64,000 nucleotides of DNA from an uncultured Trueperaceae bacterium. GTDB taxonomy: Bacteria; Deinococcota; Deinococci; Deinococcales; Trueperaceae. Each line of letters begins with the position of its first letter. Positions within the stretch are counted from its first letter, which is position 1. This document shows, piece by piece, positions 40,079 through 50,070 of this stretch. The notes under the pieces are model-generated. The model did not search any database. It worked only from the letters and a program-made list of their open reading frames with translations, and was not told the origin of the DNA. Where the stretch lies: the NCBI GenBank assembly GCA_963727505.1, contig CAVSGP010000004.1:992001-1056000 (forward strand), given 5' to 3'. Both the position numbers and the translations under genes were made by a program.

Positions 40079-40942
40079 GTGGCGTCCGCCCTGCGCACCG
40101 GAGCGTTGCCGCGCTTGGTCGCGCTCGATCTCGACGGCACGCTCCTGACCAGCGACAAGCGCGTGACGCCACGAGCCCGTGCCGCCATCGGCCAGCTGGC
40201 GGCACGGGGCGTGCGCGTGGTGGTGTGCACCGGGCGGCCGCCCCGCAGCGCGCTGGGCTACGTGGCCGAGCTCGGCCTCGGCCACCGTTTCGTATGCTTC
40301 AACGGTGCCGCCATGGCCGATCCGTCGGGCGGGGCGCTCCACGTCCGTCACCATCTCGACCCGGCAGCGGCGCGCGCGGCCTTGGGGCGCCTGCGTGAGG
40401 CCTTCCCGGAGCTGATGGCGGGGCTGGAGACCGAACACGGCTGGTTCCTCGACCCCGCGCTCTACCGTCTGAGGTCGTCCGAGGCCCGACTCGGGCCAGA
40501 GGAACCGACCGGCGTCGGACCGGTGGAGGACTTCCTGGACGGCGGAGCCATCAAGCTCTTCGTGCGCCGCGAAGGAACGGACGCCGCCGCCCTTGCCGGC
40601 GTCGTCGACGGCCTTCCGCTCTACCGCACCTGGAGCTCGCCCACCATGCTCGAGCTGCTCGACCCGCACGTGGACAAGCGCGGCGCCCTGCAGGAACTCT
40701 GCTCCGGCCTCGGCATCGACCGGAGCGAGGTGGCAGCCTTCGGCGACCAGCGCAACGACGTCGAGATGATCCGCTGGGCGGGGATCGGCGTCGCCGTGGC
40801 CAACGCCGCTCCCGCTGCCCGGGAGGCTGCCGACCTGATCGTCGCGAGCAACGACGCAGACGCCGTGGCGCAGACGCTCGAGGAGTGGCTGACGGCCGCA
40901 GGGCCCCTGGGCCCACACGAAGCGCCCACGACGGGACGGTAG
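40079..40942 (+). CDS. Cof-type HAD-IIB hydrolase
   Basis: ALDLDGTLL, CTGR, FNGA, VDK, AFGDQRNDVEM and VANA. Confidence 0.9.
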   Translation: MASALRTGALPRLVALDLDGTLLTSDKRVTPRARAAIGQLAARGVRVVVCTGRPPRSALGYVAELGLGHRFVCFNGAAMADPSGGALHVRHHLDPAAARAALGRLREAFPELMAGLETEHGWFLDPALYRLRSSEARLGPEEPTGVGPVEDFLDGGAIKLFVRREGTDAAALAGVVDGLPLYRTWSSPTMLELLDPHVDKRGALQELCSGLGIDRSEVAAFGDQRNDVEMIRWAGIGVAVANAAPAAREAADLIVASNDADAVAQTLEEWLTAAGPLGPHEAPTTGR

Positions 40943-40943
40943 C

Positions 40944-41447
40944 GTGGGCTTCGTGGTCCTCGGACTCGACGTCGGACGCGCTCGCATCGGCGTGGCGCGC
41001 GCCGAGAGCGGCACCGGCCTGGCGTTCGGGCGCGGGGCCATCGGTCGTCGCGGCACCGTCGCCGACGTCGAGGCGGTACGCGCCCTGGCGGACGCGGAGG
41101 GCGCGACCCTCATCGTCGTGGGCCTGCCCCGCCCCACGCGGGGCCAGGAGTCGTCGCAGACGCGGCTGGTCCGGGCGTTCGCGGCGGCCCTGAGCCGGGC
41201 CGGTATGGACGTGGTCTTCGAAGACGAACGCTTCACCACCGCCCTCTCGGAACGCCAGCTCCGCGAGGCAGCCCTCCCGCGAGCCAAGCGGCGCGCCAAG
41301 GGTGCGGTCGACGAGGCGTCGGCGATCCTGATCCTGGAGAGCTACCTGGCGCGCGCGGACGCCGCACCGGAGGGCGACGGCCCGTCCGAGCGCAACGACG
41401 GGTCGAGCGATCCCGACGCCGATTCCGGCGACGCGCGGGAGCGCTGA
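40944..41447 (+). CDS. ruvX: YqgF/RuvX family pre-16S rRNA nuclease (Holliday junction resolvase-like)
   Basis: LGLDVGRARIGVA, IVVGLP, DERFTT and VDEASAILILESYL; alaS-ruvX-mltG synteny. Confidence 0.93.
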   Translation: MGFVVLGLDVGRARIGVARAESGTGLAFGRGAIGRRGTVADVEAVRALADAEGATLIVVGLPRPTRGQESSQTRLVRAFAAALSRAGMDVVFEDERFTTALSERQLREAALPRAKRRAKGAVDEASAILILESYLARADAAPEGDGPSERNDGSSDPDADSGDARER

Positions 41448-41451
41448 CGCA

Positions 41452-42612
41452 ATGCCCGACGAACCGCGCCCAGAGCCGCAGCACGACGGTGTCCCGCACG
41501 GCACGGCGGAGCCCGCCCAGGACGCGGCCGCTCCGGTCGACGACCGTGACGCGGGCGGATCGGGCATCCCACCGCGATGGCGTCGCGCCCGGCCCTGGGT
41601 CCTGAGCGCGCTCGGCGCGCTGATGGTGCTGGTGGCCGCGGCGCTGGTGGTCGCCTACGAGCTCACGCCGCCGAGCGCCACCCCCTCGGCGGTGACCTTC
41701 GACGTGAAGCCTGGCTGGGGCGGCAAGGAGGTGGCGGCCGTGCTGCAACGCGAAGGGTTGGTGCGCAACGGCCGCATCTTCGAGCTCTACTTGCGCGCTC
41801 GCGGGCTCGACCGGAGCATCGGCGAGGGCCTCTACGACCTGAGCCCCGCGATGAACGCGGCGCAGATCGCGGCCGCCCTCGAGAAGGGCGGGCGGCCCCG
41901 CACCGTTCACGTCGTCATCCCCGAGGGGTGGCGGGCGAGCCGCATCGCCCAGGCGTTGCACGACGCGGGGCTCGGGACCGCAGACGCCTTCCTGGCGCTG
42001 GTCCGGACTCCGGGCGACCTGCGCCCCGGCTTCGTACCTTCAGCTGACGGGCTCGAGGGCTACCTCTTCCCCGCCGCCTACGACATCCCGGTCGAGAGCT
42101 CGCCGAGGGACATCCTGGAGCTCATGCTGCAGCGCTTCCGGCAGGAACTCGACGGGTCCACCGAAGAACAGCTCCGGGCTCGCGGGATGTCGGTCCACGC
42201 CTGGGTCACGCTCGCCAGCATGGTCCAGGCGGAGGCCGCCAACCCCGGCGAGATGCCGATCATCGCCGGCATCTTCCTGAATCGCCTCGATCTCGGCATG
42301 CCGCTGCAGTCGGATCCGACAGTGGCCTACGGTATGAACAAGCCCCTGCCCCAGCTCGAGGCCAAGGATCTGCAGCAGGACAACCCCTGGAACACCTACA
42401 CCCGCGCCGGCCTCCCCAGGGGCCCCATCGACAGCCCCGGCCACGCCGCCCTACGCTCGGTGCTCGACCCCGTGCGGACCAACGACCGCGGCGAGCGCTA
42501 CCTCTACTTCCTGCACGCCGAATCCAACGGCAAGACCGTGTTCCGGCCCAACACGACCCTGCAGGCGCACAACGAGGACGTCCGGCGCTTCCTCCAAGGC
42601 AGCGCTCCCTGA
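41452..42612 (+). CDS. mltG: Endolytic transglycosylase MltG
   Basis: N-terminal TM anchor; IPEG, LEGYLFP, LASMVQAE, NRL..GMPLQSDPTV, NTY...GLP.GPI and YLYF. Confidence 0.93.
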   Translation: MPDEPRPEPQHDGVPHGTAEPAQDAAAPVDDRDAGGSGIPPRWRRARPWVLSALGALMVLVAAALVVAYELTPPSATPSAVTFDVKPGWGGKEVAAVLQREGLVRNGRIFELYLRARGLDRSIGEGLYDLSPAMNAAQIAAALEKGGRPRTVHVVIPEGWRASRIAQALHDAGLGTADAFLALVRTPGDLRPGFVPSADGLEGYLFPAAYDIPVESSPRDILELMLQRFRQELDGSTEEQLRARGMSVHAWVTLASMVQAEAANPGEMPIIAGIFLNRLDLGMPLQSDPTVAYGMNKPLPQLEAKDLQQDNPWNTYTRAGLPRGPIDSPGHAALRSVLDPVRTNDRGERYLYFLHAESNGKTVFRPNTTLQAHNEDVRRFLQGSAP

Positions 42613-42699
42613 CGAGATCGGTGTCCCCGGCGGCCCCGCGGAAGCTCCCTACACCCTCGCCGGAGCGCAGGCGCGCTGTGTCCCTCATCCCGACGCGCG

Positions 42700-42729
42700 T
42701 TGACGCTCCGTGGACAATGCGAATACCAT
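42700..42729 (+). promoter_or_regulatory. Candidate sigma70 promoter for dctQM
   Basis: TTGACG at 42700-42705, 18-nt spacer, TACCAT at 42724-42729. Confidence 0.5.
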
Positions 42730-42777
42730 GCTGTCAATCGACCACCCGACAATCGGGTCCTTCGAAGGAGCGCGACC

Positions 42778-43386
42778 TTGAAGTTCTTCCTTGCGGTGGC
42801 CAGAGGCATCGACGCGTTCACAACGGTGATCGGCAAGATCATGTGGTGGCTGACGCTGTTCATGGTTCTGGTGGGCGTCTACAACGTCTTGACACGCTAC
42901 GGCTACGGCGTGGTGGCCGCGATCTTCGGTGACAGCATCGCGGAGAAGGCCAGCGGCAACACCTACCTGGAGCTCCAGACATACGCCTACGACATGGTGT
43001 TCCTGCTGGGAGCGGCCTACGTCTTCCGGACCGACGGCCACGTGCGGGTCGACGTGGTGTTCTCGACCCTGAGGGCGCGCGTCAAGGCCTGGATCGACAT
43101 CGTCGCGACCGTACTGTTCCTGGTGCCCTTCAGCATGATGGGCATCTTCTTCAGCCACCGCTATGTGGCGTCGAGCTGGCGCGCCCACGAGATGAGTCCC
43201 AATCCCGGCGGCCTGGCCCGCTACCCCATCAAGACCGTCATCATCATCGCCTTCGCCTTGCTGATCGCGCAGGGCATCAGCGAGATCATCAAGAACATCG
43301 CCTACCTGTCGGGCCGGAAGGGGTCGGGCAGCATGTACGCCATGGACGAAGAGGACGTGCAAGAAGAGAGTGCGGTGCGCGCCTGA
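42778..43386 (+). CDS. dctQ: TRAP transporter small permease
   Basis: Four TM helices; FLLGAAY, DGHVRVDV, NPGGL and QGISEIIK. TTG start after AAGGAG. Confidence 0.9.
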   Translation: MKFFLAVARGIDAFTTVIGKIMWWLTLFMVLVGVYNVLTRYGYGVVAAIFGDSIAEKASGNTYLELQTYAYDMVFLLGAAYVFRTDGHVRVDVVFSTLRARVKAWIDIVATVLFLVPFSMMGIFFSHRYVASSWRAHEMSPNPGGLARYPIKTVIIIAFALLIAQGISEIIKNIAYLSGRKGSGSMYAMDEEDVQEESAVRA

Positions 43387-44756
43387 TGCTCGGCCTATGG
43401 ATGTTCGCCGGCGCCGTCGTCCTGCTGCTCATCGGCTACCCGGTTGCGTTCAGCCTGGGCGGCACGGCGGTCCTGTTCACCTTCATCGGGAGCGACTTCA
43501 CCGAGAAGTTCCTGGGCTTCAGCCTTCCCTGGCACCCCATCTTCAATGTGGCCCGCCTCAACATCCTGCCGCAGCGCATCTTCGGCAACATCATGGACAA
43601 CTACACCCTGGTGGCGGTGCCGTTCTTCGTGTTCATGGGCGTCATGCTGGAGAAGTCTGGCCTGGCCGAGGAGCTGCTCGAAACGATGGGAATCCTTTTC
43701 GGGAGCCTTCGCGGCGGCCTGGCCATCTCGGTGGTCGCCGTCGGCGCCCTGCTGGCGGCCTCGACCGGGGTCGTCGGCGCCTCGGTCGTGACGATGGGCG
43801 TGCTGGCGCTGCCGGTGATGCTCAAGTACAACTACAGCAAGCCGCTGGCGACAGGGGTCGTCGCCGCGTCGGGAACGCTCGGCCAGATCATCCCTCCCAG
43901 CATCGTGCTGGTGATCCTGGGCGACCAGCTCGGGGTATCGGTGGGCGACCTCTTCCTCGGCTCGTTCATCCCGGGGCTCGTGCTGGCCGGCCTGTACATG
44001 GTGTGGGTGGCCCTCGTGGCCATCCTCCGGCCCAAGGAAGCACCCGCTCTGCCCAAGGAAGCGCGGAACATCTCCGGCGGGGAGCTCGCGTTCAAGGTCA
44101 TCAAGAACCTCATCCCGCCGCTGTTCCTGATCCTGCTGGTGCTGGGCACCATCTTCTTCGGCATCGCCACGCCCACCGAGGCGGGCGCCATGGGCGCGGT
44201 CGGCGCCATGCTGCTGGCCATCGCCAACCGGCGGCTCACCCTCCGCAACCTCATCAACACCATGGATCAGACGCTGAAGCTCACCAGCATGGTGTTCATG
44301 ATCCTGGTGGGCGCCACCGCCTTCTCCATGGTGTTCCGGGCTTTGCACGGCGACGTGGCCGTCGACAATTTCCTGACCAACCTGCCATGGGGCAGCTTCG
44401 GCTTCGTGCTCTTCACGATGCTGGCGATCTTCCTGCTCGGGTTCTTCATCGACTTCATCGAGATCACCTTCATCGTGGTGCCGCTCATCGCCCCCATCGC
44501 CTTGCGCATGTTCGGTCCGGACATGATGGTGTGGTTCGGCGTGGTCATCGCCATGAACCTCCAGGCGTCGTTCCTGACCCCGCCGTTCGGCTTCGCGCTG
44601 TTCTACCTCAAGGGGGTCGCCCCTCCCGAAGTGCGCACCGTCGACATCTACCGGGGCATCATCCCGTTCGTGGTGATCCAGGTGATCGCGGTGGTGATCA
44701 TCGCCCTGGCGCCGGGCATCGTGCAGCTGCTTCCGGCGCTGGCCGCCGGACACTGA
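43386..44756 (+). CDS. dctM: TRAP transporter large permease
   Basis: GYPVAFSL, LVAVPFFVFMG, GTLGQIIPPS, ATPTEA and FLTPPFGFALFYLKG. Confidence 0.95.
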   Translation: MLGLWMFAGAVVLLLIGYPVAFSLGGTAVLFTFIGSDFTEKFLGFSLPWHPIFNVARLNILPQRIFGNIMDNYTLVAVPFFVFMGVMLEKSGLAEELLETMGILFGSLRGGLAISVVAVGALLAASTGVVGASVVTMGVLALPVMLKYNYSKPLATGVVAASGTLGQIIPPSIVLVILGDQLGVSVGDLFLGSFIPGLVLAGLYMVWVALVAILRPKEAPALPKEARNISGGELAFKVIKNLIPPLFLILLVLGTIFFGIATPTEAGAMGAVGAMLLAIANRRLTLRNLINTMDQTLKLTSMVFMILVGATAFSMVFRALHGDVAVDNFLTNLPWGSFGFVLFTMLAIFLLGFFIDFIEITFIVVPLIAPIALRMFGPDMMVWFGVVIAMNLQASFLTPPFGFALFYLKGVAPPEVRTVDIYRGIIPFVVIQVIAVVIIALAPGIVQLLPALAAGH

Positions 44757-44788
44757 CCAGCCGGCGTTACCGCTCCCACCTGCCAACG

Positions 44789-44820
44789 CGACGGCGCGCC
44801 CCAGTCGGGGCGCGCCGTCG
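44789..44820. terminator. Bidirectional hairpin between the convergent dctM and dctP genes
   Basis: CGACGGCGCGCCCC-agtc-GGGGCGCGCCGTCG (14-bp stem). Confidence 0.65.
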
Positions 44821-44846
44821 GCTTGGCTCGCTGCGGTCGGTATCGC

Positions 44847-45929
44847 TCAGGTGTTGTTGTAGATGAAGTTCAGGTAGGCGTACTGGTTGATCTTGTCGAA
44901 GCCACGCACTTGCGCCATGAAGGGCGTCATGGAGTCGGAGATCTTCTTGTACATGGCGTTGCTGCCCCGCAGGTCGTCGTTGACCTTGACCCAGTTGTCG
45001 TACAGGACCTTCAGCACCGGCTCGGGGAACACCTTCGGCTGCGTGCCGCCGGCGACCAGTCGCTGGAAGGCGGCGGGATCCTTGTCGGTGTAGTCCGACA
45101 GCATCTGGATGTTGGTGGCCTGGGCGGCATTGGAGACGATCGCCTGGACATCGGCGGGCATGCCCTTCCAGGTATCGAGGTTGAGGTAGAGGCAGAACGC
45201 CGCCCCCGGCTCCTGCCAACCCGGGCTGTAGTAGTACTTGGCTGCCTTGTTGAGGCCCAGGATCTCGTCGTCGTGGGGGCCCACCCATTCCGCCGCGTCG
45301 AGCACGCCACGTTGCAACGCCAGGAAGATCTCGCCGCCGCCAAGGGTCTGGACGTTGACGCCAGCAGACGAGTACACCTTGGCGCCGAGCCCGGCCGTAC
45401 GGAAGGACAAGCCCTGCAGGTCCGCCGGAGTCTTGATCTCCTTGTTGAACCAGCCCGCCATCTGCTGGCCGGTGTTGCCGGCGAGCAGCGGCTTGAGGTT
45501 GCTGTTGCCGCTGAGCTCGTCCCACAGTTCCTGCCCGCCGCCAGACTCGATCCAGGAGTTGATCTGCTTCGGCGTCAGGCCGAACGGGACGGTGGTGAAG
45601 AAGGCGTGCGACGGGTCCTTACCGACGTAGTAGTAGGAGGCCGTGTGACCCATCTCGAAAGCGCCGCTCGACACCGCGTCGAACACCTCGAGAGCACCGA
45701 CCTGGGCGCCGGCTTCGTACACCTGGATGGTGACGTCGCCGTTGGTCGCCGCCTTCACCCGATCCGCGATGCTCTGGGCTCCGCCGAACAGGATGTCGAG
45801 CGACCGCGGCCACGACGTCACCATGGTCCACTGCATCTTGGACCGTTGGGCGTTGGCGAACATGAGGGGCGACAGGCTCGCACCGGCCGCTACAACGCCT
45901 GCCTTCTTGAGGAAATCACGGCGCTTCAT
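44847..45929 (-). CDS. dctP: TRAP substrate-binding protein, TakP-like (2-oxo/monocarboxylate), Tat-exported
   Basis: Twin-arginine signal MKRRDFLKK; MVTSWP, VFDAVSSG, YYYVGK, GNTG.QM.GWF, EWVGP.DD and YYSPGWQEP. Confidence 0.92.
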   Translation of the reverse strand: MKRRDFLKKAGVVAAGASLSPLMFANAQRSKMQWTMVTSWPRSLDILFGGAQSIADRVKAATNGDVTIQVYEAGAQVGALEVFDAVSSGAFEMGHTASYYYVGKDPSHAFFTTVPFGLTPKQINSWIESGGGQELWDELSGNSNLKPLLAGNTGQQMAGWFNKEIKTPADLQGLSFRTAGLGAKVYSSAGVNVQTLGGGEIFLALQRGVLDAAEWVGPHDDEILGLNKAAKYYYSPGWQEPGAAFCLYLNLDTWKGMPADVQAIVSNAAQATNIQMLSDYTDKDPAAFQRLVAGGTQPKVFPEPVLKVLYDNWVKVNDDLRGSNAMYKKISDSMTPFMAQVRGFDKINQYAYLNFIYNNT

Positions 45930-46196
45930 AGAACCTCCTGATGCTGGTCTCTTCTTCGCTTTTCGAGCCACGCTCAGTATAAGGATTCAGCACCGGTACC
46001 GTGCAGAGCGCGCTTGTGTACGGCACACAGGAACTCGTCGCCATGGCGGCCGCGGGAACCCGCGCGCGGGCGAGGCCCGCATGAGGGTGCGGGCCTACCC
46101 CACGGTCACCCTCACCGGGCCACGACGCCGGGGTGGTAGGTTTGTGCGGGCTGCTCACCGCGGCCTCACAATCCAGCCACCCCAAGGAGGGTCCTG

Positions 46197-47090
46197 ATGT
46201 TGAAGCTTCTCGGCCGTGCCCTGGCCACCGTCTTGCTCGTCGGCGTCATCGGAACGGCTGCCGCCCAGCAGCCGCTGACCGTGCGCATCGGATTCAACCC
46301 CACCCAGAACTCGGACCAGCTCACCGCCGCGGCCAACGCAATCGCCACCTACCTCGAGAAGCAGTTCGGTGGCGCGGTCGAAGTGAAGGTCTACACGCCC
46401 ACGGACTACCGGGGCCTGATCGAGGCCATGGGCTCGGGCAACCTGGACTTCGCCTTCTTCCCGCCCGACGGCTTCGTGGTGGCCAACCAGCAGGTGGGCG
46501 CGCAGGTGCTGCTGAAGTCGGTGCGCTTCGGCAACCCCTACTACTGGTCGGCCATCGTGGTGCGCAAGGACAGCGGCATCACCAACCTCGCAGACCTCGA
46601 AGGCAAGTCGATCGCCTGGGTGGACCCGAACTCGGCGGCCGGCTACACCTTCCCCCGGGCCGCGCTGATCGAAGCGGGCATCAATCCCGACGACTTCTTC
46701 TCCAAGCAGACCTTCGCCGGCGGCCACGACGCCGCCGTGCTGGCGGTCTACAACGGCTCGGTGGACTCGGCTGCGGTGTTCGCGAACGACGACCAGAACA
46801 AGTCGGGCGCCTGGACTCAGTTCCTCAGCGCGGACCAGGCCAAGGCCCTGACGGCCATCTTCTACACGCGGCCCATCCCCGGCGATACCTTCAGCGTCTC
46901 CAAGCAGTTCGCGTCCGACCACCCGGCCCTGACCTACCAGATCGCGGCCGCCATCGCCGCCATCAAGGCGCCCGACAACAAGCTTCTGTACAACCTCTAC
47001 CAGATCGATTACATGGTCCCCGCCGACAGCCAGGACTACGCCGTGGTTCGCGACACGCGGCGGATCCTCGGGCTGGACAAGAAGCAGTAG
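46197..47090 (+). CDS. phnD: Phosphate/phosphite/phosphonate ABC substrate-binding protein
   Basis: Signal peptide; TDY..LIEAM, Y.SAIVVRKDS, DPNSAAGY.FP, GGHDA and PIPGD. Confidence 0.9.
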   Translation: MLKLLGRALATVLLVGVIGTAAAQQPLTVRIGFNPTQNSDQLTAAANAIATYLEKQFGGAVEVKVYTPTDYRGLIEAMGSGNLDFAFFPPDGFVVANQQVGAQVLLKSVRFGNPYYWSAIVVRKDSGITNLADLEGKSIAWVDPNSAAGYTFPRAALIEAGINPDDFFSKQTFAGGHDAAVLAVYNGSVDSAAVFANDDQNKSGAWTQFLSADQAKALTAIFYTRPIPGDTFSVSKQFASDHPALTYQIAAAIAAIKAPDNKLLYNLYQIDYMVPADSQDYAVVRDTRRILGLDKKQ

Positions 47091-47097
47091 CGCCCCG

Positions 47098-47132
47098 TCG
47101 AGGGGTCGGGCGCGTGCCGCCCGGCCCCTCGA
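47098..47132 (+). terminator. Stem-loop after phnD
   Basis: TCGAGGGGTCGGGCG-cgtgc-CGCCCGGCCCCTCGA (one G:U pair). Confidence 0.5.
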
Positions 47133-47143
47133 ACCATCGCCCC

Positions 47144-47893
47144 ATGATCGAGGTCACCAACCTCCGCAAGGTCTTCCCGGACGGCACGGAGGCGCTCCGC
47201 GACGTGAGCGTGTCCATCCCCGACGGCGATTTCGTCGCTGTCATCGGTCTCTCCGGCGCGGGCAAGTCGACCTTCCTGCGCTGCCTGAATCGCCTGGTCG
47301 ACCCCACCGGCGGCACCATCGCCGTGGGTGGCCGCGACGTCGCCGGCTTGCGCGGTCGCGCGCTCCAGCGCTACCGCCGCACCGTGGGCTTTATCTTCCA
47401 GCAGTTCAATCTCGTAACGCGTCTCTCGGTGCTCGACAACGTGCTCTCCGGGCGGCTCGGATACCACCCCACCTGGCGCGGCATGCTGGCGCTGTACAAC
47501 GAGCGTGATTACGAGCTCGCCCAGGCGGCGATCCGCGAGGTCGGGCTGGCCGGCCGCGAGGACACCCGCGTCGACCAGCTCTCGGGCGGGCAGCAGCAAC
47601 GAGTGGCCATCGCGCGCGCCATGACCCAGGAGCCCGAGCTGATCCTGGCTGACGAACCGATGGCGAGCCTCGACCCCCGCCTCTCCGATGTCATCCTCGG
47701 GCTCCTCAAGAACTACAACGAGACGCGTGGCGTTACGGTCCTGGTCAACATCCACGTGATCGAGCTGGCGAAGCGTTATGCCCGCCGCGTGATCGCGTTC
47801 AACCAGGGTCGCATCGTCTTCGACGGTCCGGTCTCCCAACTCGACACCGAACTGGAATCCACCATCTACGCAGGCTCGCTGGAGGCACTCTGA
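47144..47893 (+). CDS. phnC: Phosphonate ABC transporter ATP-binding protein
   Basis: [38 protein letters not shown] and [11 protein letters not shown]. Confidence 0.93.
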   Translation: MIEVTNLRKVFPDGTEALRDVSVSIPDGDFVAVIGLSGAGKSTFLRCLNRLVDPTGGTIAVGGRDVAGLRGRALQRYRRTVGFIFQQFNLVTRLSVLDNVLSGRLGYHPTWRGMLALYNERDYELAQAAIREVGLAGREDTRVDQLSGGQQQRVAIARAMTQEPELILADEPMASLDPRLSDVILGLLKNYNETRGVTVLVNIHVIELAKRYARRVIAFNQGRIVFDGPVSQLDTELESTIYAGSLEAL

Positions 47894-49524
47894 TGTGGCT
47901 CGCGTTCGCCCTTGGAGCGCTCGCCTCCGTGCTGATGGGGCTGGCCAACGGCTCCATGCGCCGCCTCGTGATCGGGGGCGGCGTCGGCCTGACCGTGGCC
48001 TACTTCGCCTTCCCCCTGCTCGCGGCCGACGGCTTCGTCAGCCGCGACACGGTGAGCCCCACCCTGTTCGGCTTGACCCCGATCCATCCCGCCCTGGCGC
48101 TGGTGCTGGTCGCGGCCCTGCTCGGCGTCGCGGCCGCACGCCTGCCGCGGCGCATCGGCGGATCGCTCGCCGCGGGCGGCGCGCTGATCGCGGCCGGCTT
48201 GGTGTGGAGCGCGCAGGCGCAGCCCCCGCAGCTCGTCCACCTGCGAGCGCTGCCCGGCCTGATGGAGGCCCTGACCGGCCTCGCAATCACCGCCTCCCTG
48301 ACGCTGCTGGGCTGGGGCTCGCGTCGCCTGCGCGTCCCCATCCTGGTGATCGGCATCGCCGCGGGCGCGCTGGCCTTCGGCTTCCTGGTCTCGCCGGCGG
48401 GACATCGCCTGTTCCCCAACGCCAACGGCTACTACCGGTTGGCCCTGCCCGTCGACGGCGCGACGCAGAAGGACATCGTCGCCGAGTACAACGCCAACCT
48501 GGACACCATCAACGCGCAGCGGCAGCGCATCGGGCTCCATGCGTTGCCACCCATCGACTCGGCGGCCAGCCTCGGCACGGAGCGGCTTCCGGAGGCGGCG
48601 TCCAAACGGGGTTACCGCATGGTGCGGCCGGCCGAGAGCCATTACGGCGTGTGGGTGGCCATGCTGCTCGCCGGCATCCTGCTGGGGAGCGGCGCCATGC
48701 TCGCCTGGCGCCCGCGTCTGCATGAGACGGGGGACGTGGCGGGGGGCATCCTCTACGCCGCGGTGGTGCTGTCGCTGGCCCCTGCGTTCGCGTCGACCGA
48801 GTTCAGCTTCGGCAAGCTGGCCGAGGGATGGCCGTTCCTGATGAAGTTCCTCGATCGTGCCTGGCCGCCGCTGTGGGCCGACCCCAGCTACGGGCAGTTC
48901 GGCATCTTCCCGCTCCAGGAGGTCGCGAGCCAGATGCTCATCACGCTCGAGATCGCGCTGGTGGGCACCTTCCTGGGGGCCATCTTCGCCGTGCCGCTCA
49001 GCTTCCTGGCCGCCCGCAACCTGACGCAGGGCAACACCCTGATGCGGCTGGTGTTCGCGCTCACGCGAGGCTTCTTCAACCTCGACCGCGGCGTCGACAC
49101 CCTCATCCTGGCGCTGATCTTCGTCGCCGCGGTCGGTCTCGGCCCCTTCGCCGGCGTGCTGGCCATGGCCATCCACTCGATCGCCGACCTCGGCAAGCTC
49201 TACTCCGAGTCGATCGAGAACGTCGATCGAGGTCCGATCGAAGCCTTGGAGGCGGTGGGGGCGTCAGGGAGCAACGTCGTGCGCTGGTCGATCCTGCCAC
49301 AGGTATCCCCGCTGTTCCTGGGCTGGACCCTGTACCGTTTCGAGATCAACTTCCGTGTCTCCATCGTGCTCGGGCTGGTCGGCGCAGGGGGGATCGGTTT
49401 CTTCATCCAGGACAAGATGTCTTCGGGCCGCTACGACCAGATGATCATCGCCATCCTCGCCATCGTCATCGTCGTGAACATCATCGACTTCGCATCCTCG
49501 TGGCTGCGCTCGAGGCTGGTATGA
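47893..49524 (+). CDS. phnE: Phosphonate ABC permease PhnE with a long N-terminal membrane extension
   Basis: C-terminal TL.IAL.GT, AARN, GLGPFAGVLA, LGKLYSE.IE, YRFEIN and LGLVGAGGIG. About 280 extra N-terminal residues. Confidence 0.88.
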   Translation: MWLAFALGALASVLMGLANGSMRRLVIGGGVGLTVAYFAFPLLAADGFVSRDTVSPTLFGLTPIHPALALVLVAALLGVAAARLPRRIGGSLAAGGALIAAGLVWSAQAQPPQLVHLRALPGLMEALTGLAITASLTLLGWGSRRLRVPILVIGIAAGALAFGFLVSPAGHRLFPNANGYYRLALPVDGATQKDIVAEYNANLDTINAQRQRIGLHALPPIDSAASLGTERLPEAASKRGYRMVRPAESHYGVWVAMLLAGILLGSGAMLAWRPRLHETGDVAGGILYAAVVLSLAPAFASTEFSFGKLAEGWPFLMKFLDRAWPPLWADPSYGQFGIFPLQEVASQMLITLEIALVGTFLGAIFAVPLSFLAARNLTQGNTLMRLVFALTRGFFNLDRGVDTLILALIFVAAVGLGPFAGVLAMAIHSIADLGKLYSESIENVDRGPIEALEAVGASGSNVVRWSILPQVSPLFLGWTLYRFEINFRVSIVLGLVGAGGIGFFIQDKMSSGRYDQMIIAILAIVIVVNIIDFASSWLRSRLV

Positions 49525-49580
49525 GCCCCTCTTGGCCGGCTTCTCACGGAGCTGCTGCGCGCCCCGCTACAATGACCGGC

Positions 49581-50069
49581 ATGAAACGTTCCCTGAGAAC
49601 CCGCGTCCTCTTGGCACTGGTCACTGCTGCGCTGGTCTCCGGAATCTCGAGCGCCAGCGCTCAGGGCAACTGGTTCGGCGTCCGGACCGGCTACCCGCTC
49701 GGCGTCACCATCCACTACGGCATCGCCAATGCGCTGTCCAACGGCTTCGACCTGCGCATCAGCGGGCACGTCGTCGCACACGGCGGCCAGGCCCGCGTCG
49801 GCATCGGCCTCGACGCCATGCACACCATCGCTGCGGCGTCGCCGTTCTCCGTGTACCTGGGTGCCGGGCCCGCCATCGAGTTCGGCGCGGGCAATGCCTG
49901 GCTCGACCTGCACGCCCTGCTCGGCGGCGAGTTCCGCTTCGTCGACCTTGGGCTTCCCCAGCTCGGGATCTTCGCGGAGGCCACGCTCGGCGGCGCCATC
50001 GGGCTCTCCGACGGCTCGGCCGAGGTCCCCACGTTCGGCGCCGGGCTCGGCGTCAACTACCACTTCTGA
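49581..50069 (+). CDS. Small outer-membrane beta-barrel protein
   Basis: Signal peptide; alternating hydrophobic strands (YLGAGP, LGGEFRF, IFAEA); C-terminal GAGLGVNYHF. Leaderless (TACAAT 7 nt upstream). Confidence 0.75.
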   Translation: MKRSLRTRVLLALVTAALVSGISSASAQGNWFGVRTGYPLGVTIHYGIANALSNGFDLRISGHVVAHGGQARVGIGLDAMHTIAAASPFSVYLGAGPAIEFGAGNAWLDLHALLGGEFRFVDLGLPQLGIFAEATLGGAIGLSDGSAEVPTFGAGLGVNYHF

Positions 50070-50070
50070 G

